Origin: Octopus sinensis
Taxonomy: Eukaryota
Direction: 5' to 3'
Assembly: GCF_006345805.1 (NCBI RefSeq)
Contig: NC_043006.1
Coordinates: forward strand, 69,502,001 to 69,566,000
Length of the DNA stretch: 64,000 bases
The position numbers and the translations under genes are program-made. The notes below the pieces were generated by a model. That model saw only the letters and a list, made by a program, of their open reading frames with translations, did no database searches and had not been told where the DNA came from. This document shows, one piece after another, positions 24,901 to 37,919 of this stretch (position 1 is the stretch's first letter; each line of letters starts with the position of its first letter).

Positions 24901-25304
24901 AGCGGAAGTGAGCTAGAACGTTAAAACTTAGAGCACACGCACATCAGAGATTAAGGTCAATTTGTGCCATGCAGTTTCATTCTGCGTCTTTTAGTTTCGT
25001 TACAATGGTAACAGTCCAGATACATATTGATCAGACCACGTGCATATACGCAAACAATCATTCATACATTCATTCATATATACATTACACACATGTTCAT
25101 ACACATACCTACACATACAAATACTCACATATAGACATATTTGCATGCACATATATACGCGCATACATAACTACAGACAACTGCTTATCTACCCGGGGTA
25201 TAAATTCGTATTTATACCCATAGTAATCGGAGCAGTTAGTTTTGTGAATATATGTTTAAGTGGCAATTTGCATAAATTAGGTTTTTTAGAAAAAGAAATC
25301 AACA

Positions 25305-25718
25305 TGCAGGAGTAGCTGTGTGGTAAGTAGCTTGTTTACCAACCACATGGTTCTGGGTTCAGTTCCACAGCGTGGCACCTGGAGCAAGTTTCTTCTACTA
25401 TAGCATCGGGCCAACCAAAGCCTTGTAAATGGATTTGGTAGACAGAAACTCAAAGAAGCCCGTCCTATATATGTATATATGTATGTGTGTGTACATGTTT
25501 GTGTGTGTACATGTTTGTGTGCCTGTATTTGTTCCACCAGCATCGCTTGACAACCGATGTTGGTGTGTTTACGTCCCCGTAAACTAGCGGTTCGGCAAAA
25601 AGAGTCCGATAGAATAAATACTAGGCTTACAAGGAATAAGTGCTAGGGTCGATTTGCCCGACTAAAGGCGATGCTCCATCATGGCCGCAGTCAAATGACT
25701 GAAACAAGTATAAAAATA
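25305..25718 (+). mobile_element. SINE family B, near full length
   Basis: gcaggagtagctgtgtggtaagtagc...gactgaaacaagta. Confidence 0.9.
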
Positions 25719-26186
25719 AAAGCTTGCAAACGCGCTGAGTAAGCAGAACTGTAAAAATATGCAAGACGTTCTTAAGTTCAACTCGCGATATTATTTTTCT
25801 CATCCACATTCCAAAGTTGGAACATTGAAATTTCTTTAGAAATCAAATCTTTCTTTACAAGAAAAAATTAAAAACCTAAGAAAACATGCATATATGCATT
25901 TATGCACATATGCATCTAGTTGAAAATACTTGCAACTAGATGCATATGTGCATAAATGCATATATGCATGTTTTCTTAGGTTTTTAATTTTTTCTTGTAA
26001 AGAAAGATTTGATTTCTAAAGAAATTTCAATGTTCCCACTTTGGAATGTGGATGAGAAAAATAATATCGCGAGTTGAACTTAAGAACGTCTTGCATATTT
26101 TTACAGTTCTGCTTACTCAGCGCGTTTGCAAGCTTTTATTTTTATACTTGTTTCAGTCATTTGACTGCGGCCATGATGGAGCATCG
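25669..26186. repeat. 518-bp near-perfect palindrome (two 254-bp arms, 10-nt spacer)
   Basis: Arms 25669-25922 and 25933-26186 are reverse complements with one mismatch seen (aagttgg vs aagtggg). Confidence 0.97.
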
Positions 26187-26767
26187 TAGGTGCCTATGTA
26201 AATGTATCTATGCACGCCCTATATATGTGTACGTATGTGTGTGTGTGTGTGTGCGCGCGTATGTATGTGTATGTGTTTATGGTGTATATATATCCATCTG
26301 TAATTAGGCATGCTGGTGTTTTATGCGCATATTCAAATATTTCTCGTCATCTATTTGAAACCACCTCCATCTCCATCCCCACTTATTTCGCTCTCACTCC
26401 CAAACGTACCCAACCCACCGTACCACATATCTTCAGTTTTTCACACCAACGCGATGTTCCACCACCATCACGCCCTCTAACAGTATAATGTAACTTGGCT
26501 CAGCAGTTTCGGTGACTTCGATGATTTTCAAAATAAAGAAAAATACTTAAGCCAAAATCTCTAATATGTTACACCGATAATTTAGCCGCAAAATAACTTA
26601 CGGGCATAAGGGGTCGGTTTATCGATTTTTTTTAATGGCTTTCTGGTGTGACTGGGGAAATGAAAATATCTTCACGACCAACCTCAGACAGTTTTGAAAG
26701 CCCATAGAAAATGCGACCCTTTTACGTGAAAAACTGTGGATTTGTATTATATATATATATATAAGTA

Positions 26768-27020
26768 TATTTCCTTTTTGCCCACAGGGAGGGGGCTAAA
26801 CATAAGGGGACAAACAAGGACAGACAAAATGGTTAAGTCGATTGCATCGACCCCAGTGCATAACTGATACCTATTCAATCGACCCCTAAAGGATGAAAGG
26901 CAAAGTCGACCTCGTCAGGATTTGAACTCAGAACGTAATGGCAGACGAAATACTGCAAAGCATTTCACCCAGAGTGCTAACGATTCTGCCCGTTTGCTGC
27001 CTTAGCTAGCTCGCCGCTTT
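26768..27020 (-). mobile_element. SINE family A copy
   Basis: Reverse complement of the head, core and tail. Confidence 0.85.
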
Positions 27021-27694
27021 CCTCCACCATATATATACGCCTAGATATGCGTGCATGGTTCTATGTAAATAAGTACTCATTTAGAAACGAAATAATTGCA
27101 ATTAACTAATTTTAAAACTAAGCATACCAAGGATTAACTCATTTACCCAATATTAGCAAATTCGAGTTTACTCATTTACTGCTTCTAGTCAGTAAATTTG
27201 TGGCCAAGCTAGAGCAAAGTAATATTTACTAGATTCTCGCCCAGATTTTTTTTTTTTAAATTAGCTTACGAAGTTTAAAGGGGAATATGAAAATATAATG
27301 TAGATTGGAACCAGAGAGACTGTGAAGAAATCGCTGTGAAAGTTATTACGAGAAGGAAATGGCGAAAGATATCGCAATAGTGAGTGAAATTCGTGGTTAA
27401 TGTTATTGCACAAATACCTCTAATGGAAATATTATTTGGATATAGAAATATAAGCAGAAATCTATGGCAACTTATGAAATACAAGAACAACGTTTGGAAC
27501 AATTTTGTCCAAAATCTCAGACAATAAAGTAATATTGCGAGAGATGAAGAAACTAATCCAAGCAAAATATAATGTTGCCAGGAATATGAATAAAGAATGA
27601 ATAAAGTAATTCTAAGAAAGTTAAACAAGAAATCCACAAGACTGGAAACATTTTTCGACTATAGAAGAAAAGATGAATGCTAAAAGAATGGAGA

Positions 27695-27770
<76 letters not shown>

Positions 27771-28391
27771 GAAAGTAAGAAAGAGACAAAGAGCTTAGTT
27801 ATATATGTGTGCGTGTGTGTGTGTGTGATATGATATTGTAAACCGGTATGCTAGGTAAGAATATATTGTCCATAAAATTCTCGATAGTTTTATCTTATGA
27901 TATAAAGTTGATAAAGAAGAAAAAAAACATGAAGACTTCTGGAAAAATATATAAGAAACCTAAATAAAGCAAGCAAAATATAGAGACATTGGAAGATTTA
28001 AGACGAAGAAACAAGAGGAAGAAGTTGGAGTCTAGCGATGTTTTGAGGTAGCCAGAAGTTCAGTATTTTGTAACAGATTACAATAGTCAAATTAATTGAT
28101 CCCAGTATATAACTGGTATTAATTGATTCTCGTATATAACTGGTATTTATAGGCGATTTTTTACTTCCTGGATATTCGCGATCCAGTTGAGAGTCCTAAG
28201 ATCTAAGAGACTGGTTGGCAAGTGGCTGAAAGGTATCCTTAAAGTTAAACCGGAGACCTTGTGTGAATACTTGTAAGTGGACTTCGCTAAAAGCATCTTA
28301 AGGGCCACGTGGTTGTGTTAAACTGAATGGACAACTGTTTTCTCTTTCCCATTTTAGTCTTTTATTTGTCTTTCTCTCTATAGATATATAA

Positions 28392-28790
28392 TCCTTTCTA
28401 CTAGAGGCACAAGGCTCGAAATTTGAGGGGTGGGGACTAGTCGATTACATCAACCCCAGTGCATAACTGGTACTTAATTCATCGACCCCGAATGGATGAA
28501 AGACAAAGTCGACATTGGCGGAATTAGAACTCAGAACGTAAAGATAGACGAAGTACCTATTTCTTTACTACCCACAAGGAGCTAGAAGCAGAGGGGACAA
28601 ACAAGGACAGACAAACGGATTAAGTCGATTATATCGACCCTAGTGCGTAACTAGTACTTATTTAATCGACCCCTAAAGGATGAAAGGCAAAGTCGACCTC
28701 GGCGGAATTTGAACTTAGAACGTAGCAGCAGACGAAGTACCGCTAAGCATTTCGCCTGGCATGCTAACGATTCTGCCAGCTCGCCGCCTT
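28392..28790 (-). mobile_element. SINE family A dimer
   Basis: Two tandem cores with the same internal junction (gaaataggta(c/t)ttcgtct) as the 4057 and 11403 multimers. Confidence 0.88.
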
Positions 28791-28945
28791 CTCTATACAT
28801 AACTAATGACACGTGTATGCAAGTACACACAGATACATATAAATGAATACAACAACAGTATTACTCTCTCTCTCTTTCTCTCTTTCATAGTTGCATATAA
28901 TGTATTTCGATTCTCAGACCGGGCATTGTGAGTGTTTGAGCGAGT

Positions 28946-29325
28946 GGAGACGCAATGGCCCAGTGGTTAGGGCAGCGGACTCGCGATCGTAGGATCGCGG
29001 TTTCGATTCCCAAACCGAGCGCTGTGAGTACTCATTGAACGAAAACATCTAAGGCTCCTCGGGGCTCCGGTGGGGGTTGGTGCCGAACCCTGCTGTACTC
29101 TTTCACCTCAACTTTCTCTCACACTTTCTTCTCCTTTCTGTTGTACCTGTATTTCAAAGAGGCCAGCCTTGTCACACTCTGTATCACGCTGAATCTCTCT
29201 AAGAACTACATTAAGGGTACACGTGTCTGTGGAGTGCTCAGCCACTTGCACGTTAATTTCACGAGCTGGCTGTCCCGTTGATGGGATTAACTGGAACCCT
29301 CGCCGTCGTAACCGACGGAGTGCCA
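28946..29325 (+). mobile_element. SINE group C, head H1 + tail T1
   Basis: Head GGAGACGCAATGGCCCAGTGGTTAGGGCAGCGGACTCGC..GGTTTCGATTCCC; tail ending GTCGTAACCGACGGAGTGCC. Confidence 0.85.
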
Positions 29326-29519
29326 CGATATACATGTATATTGAAATACAAACAGTTAAAAACTAACATGTGTTTTGATCTGTTAAATGCTTCTTTCATC
29401 TCAACAAAACTTTTCCATATTTTACTTTACTTTATATTTTACATATATTTCAATGAATCATCGTATTACGTATAGCAGGCATAGGATAACGAATCATGGA
29501 ACGAAAATTATAATAATAC

Positions 29520-30040
29520 TTCTTCCTACGATAGACATAAGGCCTAAGATTTTAAAGGAGGGAGTGTTAGTCGATGCAATCGACCCAAGTGCACAACTGG
29601 TATTTATTTACTTGACTCCGAAAAGATAAAAGGCAAAGTCAACTACGGTAGAATTTGAACTCAGAACGCAACGACGGACGAAATGCCGTTAAGCACTTTG
29701 CCCGGCGTGCTAACGTGTCTGCCAGCTCACCGCCTTATCACTATTATCATTAATAATAATAATTAATAATAATAATAAGAAGAAGAAGAATGAAAATAAT
29801 AATAATAATAATAATAATAATAATCCTTCCTGCTATCGGCACAAGGCCTGAAATTTGAGGAGGGGAATAATCGATTATATCGACCCCCAGTGCTCTCAAC
29901 TGGTATTTATTTAATCTACCCAGAAAGGATGAAAGGCAAAGTCGACTTTGGCGGATTTTGAACTCAGAACGTAGCGACGGATGAAATGCCGCTAAGCATT
30001 TTGTCCGGAATGCTAACGTTTCTGCCTGCTCACTGCGTTA
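29520..30040 (-). mobile_element. Two SINE family A copies separated by (TAA)n, just downstream of the 43-nt exon
   Basis: Copies at ~29520-29736 and ~29823-30040. Confidence 0.85.
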
Positions 30041-30180
30041 ACAACAACAACTACTACTACTACTACAACTACTACTACTAATAATAATAATAATAATAGA
30101 AATTATTATTAATATTATTATTGGTTTGTAACGAATAGGGTGGTGTTAAAAGAAAATTAGTAATTAAAAACCAAACTTAC

Positions 30181-30223
30181 TGAGTCGAAGCAGGATGTTA
30201 TGATATTATCTGGAAACATATTT
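30181..30223 (-). CDS. SLC1A: Internal coding exon (43 nt) of an SLC1A/EAAT excitatory amino acid transporter, TM4a-4b region: [R]NMFPDNIITSCFDS
   Basis: Minus strand reads tctctttttcttttattacag|A AAT ATG TTT CCA GAT AAT ATC ATA ACA TCC TGC TTC GAC TCA|gtaagt, with a strong polypyrimidine acceptor and consensus donor. The peptide matches the EAAT motif RN(M/L)FP.N(L/I)V.ACF.Q. Phase 2 in, phase 0 out. Family-level call only; paralog unknown. Confidence 0.9.
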
Positions 30224-30541
30224 CTGTAATAAAAGAAAAAGAGACAAGATTTGATATAAGTTATAAACTTGTATAATTTACATATTACACAGGCTTGACA
30301 CAAGCATGGTTGCTAAGAAGATTTCTTTGATGTTTGATTGGAGTAAAACATCAAAGTCTTGCAACTACAATCACCAAAAGCGTGCAATGAAGCAGAATAC
30401 ATTTAGATATTGCAGGATATAGAAAGTTTTTGAAGAAATAATTAACATATTGTCTCTCGAGCTGGTCGCTTTTTAGCAAGAGAGAGAGAATACATCTCCT
30501 GACAGGATAGATTTATTGTATTTGTAAAGTGAAAGTTACGA

Positions 30542-30781
30542 CATCATTAAGAAATACTAGACCAGGTTCAAAACAGCTATGGCCAACGTCAGCATTAAGA
30601 AATACTAAACCAGGTTCAAGACATCTATAACCAACGTCAGCATTAAGAAATACCAGACCAGGTTCAAGACATCTATGACCAATGTCAGCATTAAGAAATA
30701 CCAGACCAGGTTCAAGACAGCTATGGCCAACGTCAGTATTAAAGAACACCATACCAGGTTCAAAACAGCTATGGCCAACAT
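30542..30781. repeat. Minisatellite, 5 x 48-bp units
   Basis: Unit CAGCATTAAGAAATACCAGACCAGGTTCAAGACAGCTATGGCCAACGT starting at 30542, 30590, 30638, 30686 and 30734. Confidence 0.95.
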
Positions 30782-31427
30782 GCGGCACCTTCTGAATGGC
30801 ATACCTAATAAAAAATTTACCTTTGAATTTTTAGTAGTTTCGCCTGCCTATCACATGGCTCGCTTATCGAAAAAAAAGGTTGCCCGTATTTGGTTCCCAA
30901 AACAGCTATCACTGAGATATGTCGATGCACGCAAGCAGGGAGATCAAGGTTTATACCAGACACTGTCATTAACGACCACCAGTAAAAGAATGACTCCTAA
31001 CTGTGCATAGGTGGATACTTTAGGTTTTCGAAAATAGAGGAATGAAAAACCAAGTGAAACATTGTAGAATTTGAAGTACAACATCGAGCGTTGTAAACAG
31101 AAGCCGTGACACATTTTAACCGCTGTTTATCCAACGATGTTACTAAGAACATTTCAATAACAATGTTTGTAAGGATTTCTAACATCAGCACAAATCCACA
31201 AACATTTGGCGGAAGAGCAGAGTCGCTTGTAACGTGTTTGGTACATATATTTTATTGACCTCGGAACGGAAGAACACAAAGTAGACTTTATTGGTGTCAA
31301 AGAATATAACTAAATACCGAGAAACATTTTGTCCGATACTCTATCGATTCCTTCATCCTCGACTTAAAAGTTGCCTTTGGTGGAATTTAAAACCAGAACA
31401 TAGAAAAAGAGATGGAGATCATTTATA

Positions 31428-31753
31428 GGAGCACTCCGTCGGTTACGACGACGAGGGTCCCAGCTGATGCGCTCAACGGAACGGCTTGCTTGTGAAATTA
31501 ACGTGTAAATGGCTGAGCAGTCCATAGATATGTGTGCCATTAACGTAATTCTCGGGGAGATTCAGCGTGACACAGAATGTGACAAGGCTGGCATTTGAAA
31601 TATAGGTACAACTCACTTTTGCCAGCTGAGTGGACTGGAACAACGTAAAATAAAGTACCTTGCTGCTCAAGGACACAACACGTCGCCGGAATTGAACTCA
31701 CGACCTTATGTTCGTGTGGCGAATGCCCTAACCGCTAAGCCAGGCGCCTTCAC
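31428..31753 (-). mobile_element. SINE group C, head H2 + tail T1, with TSD
   Basis: Same tail as the 28946 copy but a different head. Direct repeat gatggagatc at 31411-31420 and 31754-31763. Confidence 0.85.
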
Positions 31754-32175
31754 GATGGAGATCTAAACAGCAGGTTATTCAGTGTGATATTTCAACGACT
31801 CTTAGCCTCTTAATAAAGAACGACGATCTGTTTTCGAAACGTTGGATTTTACACGATAAATATCAAAAACAAAGTTTTTGATAAAGCAATATATTGTTAG
31901 CATCAAAAGTAATTTTTTTCAAACAAAAATTCTAGACACATGAAATAAAATATGAATAAATATCCTTAAAATTAGCATGATAACTAACAATCCTTTTGAA
32001 TTTGGAACCATGGTAAGTACTCAGTCTAGAGATTTAGTGAGTAAAGATTCTTAATTCGAGTTACATGGAGGATAATTATAAGTATTATTTAGATGTTTCA
32101 ATCAAGAATGGCGTATTCTGTGATGCTCCGAGGCCAATAATATCAAAGACACAGTACACGATACTTTTAGTTTGG

Positions 32176-32249
<74 letters not shown>

Positions 32250-32294
32250 TGCACGTATATTATGGTACCATAGCTATATATATTTTTGACGAAG

Positions 32295-32465
32295 ACCATC
32301 AATTTTGCGAATCATGAGGGACATTAATATCTATTTTGAAACCATGGTGGATAATACATCTAGTTTATGAGCAATGATTATACACTAATAACTATTCTGG
32401 GAACAAGGTGGACAATGCATCTATTTTGGAACCAAAATGGAAGCTACGTTTATTTTGGAATCCAG
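32295..32465. repeat. Degenerate ~30-bp tandem repeat (ATCTATTTTGGAACCATGGTGGACAATAC-like)
   Basis: The motif ctattttg(g/a)aacca recurs about 5 times. Confidence 0.55.
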
Positions 32466-33047
32466 TTCGTATGATCAGCAAAACAATACATGGAACATTG
32501 AATATATGAAAGCAAATTTACAAGGGAAGAATACTGTTTGGAATAACATCCAATATTTAATTGGAAATTTTCGTTGTAACACATCCACATACAGTTGACA
32601 AAGACATACAGGCAGCAACGCAAATGCATACGTAATATTTATACTCAGTCACCCAATATCACAATATCACAGACATCTTTTTTATAAATAGAAACCCATA
32701 TACAGACAGAAAAGCATTTTCATTTCTACACATACACACACACACACACAGAGGCAAGCCCGCATACACATGAAACATTCCGAAGGGACACACAGGGATA
32801 CACATTCTCATATACATATGCGTACACATTACACACACTAAAAGCAACTACTAAATTGAGACCACGAGTGAATATCCACACAGTTCGTGTTGTTCAGTTC
32901 CAAGACCGCTCTGATCAAATAAATTTATGATCAAAGACACTCCAGTCGATACCACCACCCCGCTTTTTTCTGGAACACGGATCACATTATTCAATGTATT
33001 CATTTTAAGACGGTGATATGAGATCTGAGAGTGATCCATTTGCTGTC

Positions 33048-33500
33048 TTCTTCCAATCAGGACTCACGCCATTAGCTACAAAGAATAATCTCCAATTCGA
33101 GCCTACTCTAAGCTACTAACAATCCATGTGGCAACTTGAAGATCCACTCACCACACGCGATAGACTGGCGGTTGAACGGGCGCGAAAGCTATGTTGTTAT
33201 CCTTATTCCGTAAACGGTGGCTTTTAACGAGCGGAGAGCTGGACCATCCTGGGCTACAGAGGATTCGCAATCTAGACGAGGGTTACACCATGGTTCCTCT
33301 GCTTTGTGGCAGAAGTAGAAGAAAGAGTGAGAGAAAGTTGTGTTGAAAGGGTACAGCGGGGTTCACCACACCCCGCCGGAGCCTCGTGGACCTTAGGTGT
33401 TTATGCTCAATAAACATTCACAATACGCAGTCTGGGACTCGAAACTGCATTCTTACGACCGCGAGTCCGAAGCCCTAACCACTGGGCCATTGCGTCTCCA
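33048..33500 (-). mobile_element. SINE group C, head H1 + tail T3, with TSD
   Basis: Homologous along its length to 59439-59888. Direct repeat tcca(t/g)ttgctgt at 33035-33046 and 33502-33513. Confidence 0.85.
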
Positions 33501-33737
33501 CTCCAGTTGCTGTTTCATAGAGGTCGATCGACCAGGTAGATATTTTCTCGCCGTTTAATAAGGAATAGCAGCAAAATTTCTCTCAAATCATACATTCCTG
33601 TTTAAAATCAAGAAAATGTACAACGGATGTTGTAGTTGAAGATGAGGTAGGCACAGGAAGAATTCGTTTGGTCATCAGCCGGATAGATCCGAGATTAGCT
33701 GCAGCTGAACAATAACAACAACAACAATAATAATGAC

Positions 33738-33945
33738 CTTCAAATTATGGCACAAGGCCAGTAATTCTGGGGTGTGGGTTAAGTCGATTACATCGACCCC
33801 AGTGTTTTACTGGTAATTAATTTATCGATCTCGAAAGGATTAAAAGTAAAGTCGGCTTCAGTTGAATTTGAACCCAGCACGTGAAGACGGACGAAATGCT
33901 TCTAAGCATTTTTTTTTTGGCGCAGTTACTATTCTGCTAGCACAT
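33738..33945 (-). mobile_element. Degenerate SINE family A copy
   Basis: Core gtcgattacatcgaccccagtg...tttatcgatctcgaaaggat. Confidence 0.78.
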
Positions 33946-34342
33946 CCCAATAATACTACTACTACTACTAATAATAATAATAATAATAATAATAATGGCT
34001 ACAAGTTCAAGAAAAGCAGCAGTTGCAACAACAGTGCAATATCGAAAGCTGCATCAGCAAACGAAAGGAGATATTTGGAAACATCCCGCGATCAAAAGTC
34101 AACACATATCATCTATTTGGCCGCTGCCATATTTACAATACACAAACCGATTCCCATCTATTTTCGAACACATCAACAGCATATATTGGCTCTCAGTTGT
34201 TATTCCGTGTTTCCGGTCGCAGACTAATAACACAGAACGTTATAGATTTCGAATTGTTTCCGTCGACAAAAGATTTGTTCTCAGGAATGCTCCAGTGTAA
34301 GTGAGTGTGCGTGTGTGCGGCGCAAGTGTGTGTATGCGTGCA

Positions 34343-34390
<48 letters not shown>

Positions 34391-34947
34391 AGGAGAGAGA
34401 GAGACAGACAGACAGACAAACAGACAAAGAAACACTCAGACAGAGAATATGGTGGTGTAGAAGGGTCGATTGATCGGCCAGCTGGGTGGGTGGGGGGCGA
34501 CGAAAGAATCAATATAACAGCACGAGGGTTTAATATGATATCTGATCCTAAACATTCTTGCTTAGAGAAATCCAATATTGTTTTCTGTATTCACTTCTGC
34601 TTGAAATCCGATAGTATAAATAATGAAAACGCTACACCGCCATACACATACATATAGCGCACGTACGCACGCGCACTCACATACACATACACACACACGT
34701 AATCGTAATCATATATAATGTGAGACATATTCAGCAAAGAAGTATGTCTGCAGGCGCAAAAGCATCAATGTATGAAAATGCACATACATATACATTTATC
34801 AAAATACATATACACACACATTTATGAATAGACAAGCACACACACACACATATATCACACTATGTATATACATATAATTTTATCTTATCTCTCTTTGAAT
34901 GTGTGCCTCTGTGTGTGTGTATGTATGTATATATGTATTCACAAGCA

Positions 34948-34987
<40 letters not shown>

Positions 34988-35064
34988 ATATATATGTATG
35001 TATATGTATGTATATATATGTATATTCACAAGCAGTTATATATATATACGTGTGTGGTTGTGTG

Positions 35065-35110
<46 letters not shown>

Positions 35111-35201
35111 CAACAATTGAGGGTAAAATTAATTAGCTACTATTTCTAATGAGTTCAGTATGCGGCAAAGTAATTTATTTTACTAAGCCCCTTTTATATA
35201 G

Positions 35202-35240
<39 letters not shown>

Positions 35241-35554
35241 CTCTGTTTCTAGTTGTGTGTGTGTGTGTGTTTACGCTCGTGTATATGCTTGTCACTGCAG
35301 CAATGCATAAGGTTACAGGATGAAAATATATGAATGGGATATAAATACATTTATACACATAACTATATGCCTCTCCTTATAGTTGCGTATATATGAAAAT
35401 CATGTTAATACACGTAAATATTATGTGTATGGTTGTTTGAAAACCCCACATGTTATTACACGTAAAGACATTACTGATGCGCAGATAATAGATAAGTGTG
35501 TATCCACTTAGTCATAAAATTACAATTATATATTGCTATAATTAGTTTCTCGGC

Positions 35555-35585
35555 ATATATATATATATATATATTATATATATTA

Positions 35586-35624
<39 letters not shown>

Positions 35625-35663
35625 GTGTGTATGTGTGTATATATATTGTGTGTGTGTTGTGTG

Positions 35664-35710
<47 letters not shown>

Positions 35711-36009
35711 TGTGTGTGTGTGTATGTATATTATACATAATGTGTGGTGTGTTTATATATATAATTGGTGTGTGTGTATATATATATATATATGTGGTGT
35801 GGTATATATATATAATATGTTGTGTGTGTGTGTGTATATATATATGTGTGTGTGTGTGTTGTATATTCTATATGTGTGTGGTTGTGTGTAATATATATAT
35901 GTGGTGTGTGTTGTGTATCTATATAGTATATAATATGTGTGTGTGTGTATATATATTATATAATGTGTGTGTTGTATATATATTATATATATATATATAT
36001 ATATGTATG

Positions 36010-36048
<39 letters not shown>

Positions 36049-36072
36049 GCATATATATATATGTATATATTT
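35555..36072. repeat. Degenerate (TG)n/(TA)n tract
   Basis: Directly visible. Confidence 0.93.
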
Positions 36073-36514
36073 ATAGGGAGAGATAAGAAACGAACGGATC
36101 GGGAGCGAGCATGGATATAAATACCAATTGAGAATGAAAAAGAAAAGTAACAGAAAAAATTTAATCGTTTCAACGAAGCACTATAGATAAAACTAGATGG
36201 AAATATCTGCCAATAAAGTTTATGTACACAGAATCATGCATGCGTGCACATTTATAGATGTATGTACTTGAATGTGTATGTGTATATAATATTATCAATA
36301 ACACCCACGTAAGTCTATTAATAAATATAATGAGTGGTGAGGGTTCATGTCGAAAGGCATCATATGAAGAACGGATTGAATTTAAATGCTGACCTATTCG
36401 GTACCACAGTGGTAATAAAGAAACGTGGATCTTCTAATACGAATAAGAGTGTGATTTATGTATAGCGGAGAAAAATACTATACATTAAAGAAAAATAACT
36501 TTTATCATTATTCC

Positions 36515-36723
36515 ACTTACTCTGTTACTTATTTCAGTCATTTGACTGCGGCCATGCTGGAGCACCGCCTTTAGTCTAGCAAATCGACCGCAGGACTTAT
36601 TTTTTTTTGCAAGCCTAATACTTATTCTATCGGTCTCTTTTGCCGAACCGCTAGGATACGGTGACGTAAAAACACCAGCATCGGTTGTCAAGCGATGTTG
36701 GGGGGACAAACACAGACATACAA

Positions 36724-36765
<42 letters not shown>

Positions 36766-36950
36766 ATATATATATATTCTATATACGACGGGATACTTTC
36801 AGTATCCGCGTCTACCAAATCCACTCACAAGGCCTTGGTCGGGCCGAGGCTACAATAGAAGACACTTGTCCAAAGTGCCGCTCAGTGGGACAGAACTCGG
36901 AACCATGTGGCTGGTAAGCAAGCTACTTACCACACAGCCACTCCTGCGCC
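36515..36950 (-). mobile_element. SINE family B
   Basis: Full structure as at 21925. Confidence 0.9.
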
Positions 36951-37533
36951 TTTATAAAATGTTAGCAATTAGTTAAACATCTATTGAAACTAAAATTTAT
37001 TCATGTTCTGTGTTATTCATACCTTCTCTGTGAATATCTAGATCAAATGTTTTGTTAGGATTTTCAATGTACACAGCTTATCAATTCGGAGATCAATGAA
37101 TTCGTCGGAGCTGCTCTGTTTTCAATGTAACCTTCTACGAATTGTTGATCAGAGACACACAAAAGAAAAAAAAATACTCGAAGTGCATATTTAAGAATCC
37201 CAAGGAAATTTTGCTTTAATTTCGTAGTTTCGAAGGCAAAGGAAAATCTGCGGAAAATTAGATAGTTGCTGTATATACTCTTGATATTGAAGTCCGTGTT
37301 GGCATCTGAGAGTTACTATCTCTATCCTTCTGTCTCCCTCTCTATATCTATCTAGATATATATTTCCCTCAGGTATCGCAAGAATAATAACTTCGAGTAG
37401 AACTCAAGATACATTTGGTTCAGAACAATGTGTTAGTTGATTATAGAATGGTAATAAAAAGAGATGACACTGGGAAAACAAAGGTTATGTAATAAACTTC
37501 TCTGTGTCACCTCTCTTGCTTTCTTTACACACA

Positions 37534-37590
<57 letters not shown>

Positions 37591-37919
37591 ATCAATACAA
37601 AATGAGACAAGAACGCAAAACATCCAAACAGACGATGCAAAAATCACGGACAGGTCATCCGAAGCCTTTAATCTTCAGTCAAGAACCGGATCATCCTCGC
37701 AATTTCGACTGATTAATCTTGAGATTGCTCCAATCTGACCAGCCTCAAGGAAAACTAAGCTAACAGCATTAGCTTTCTCGAAAAAAGGAACGAATATGTA
37801 CGAAACAAGGACAGAAAAACGGACGATGTTACACGAATATAAATAATAATAATAATACGAATATAAATGCAAAAAAACAATAATAATCATAATAGCAAGA
37901 CACAACAACAGGCGTCATA

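Larger units (their letters stand above)
3864..30180 (-). other. ~26.3-kb GT-AG intron of the SLC1A/EAAT gene
   Basis: Bounded by donor GTAAGT (30175-30180) and acceptor CAG (3864-3866). No other EAAT-like exon was seen inside, and the flanking exons join in frame. Confidence 0.8.

Noticed and set aside
28946-29020. tRNA gene
   Set aside because: It has A/B boxes but runs directly into a SINE body and recurs as diverged copies, so it is a SINE head.
30542-30781. CRISPR-like regular repeat
   Set aside because: The units are contiguous with no unique spacers, the context is eukaryotic, and there are no cas genes.
37015-37125. Minus-strand AG|GTATGA donor as the upstream EAAT exon
   Set aside because: The translation does not end in an LDLIR-like phase-2 junction and shows no SLC1 similarity.
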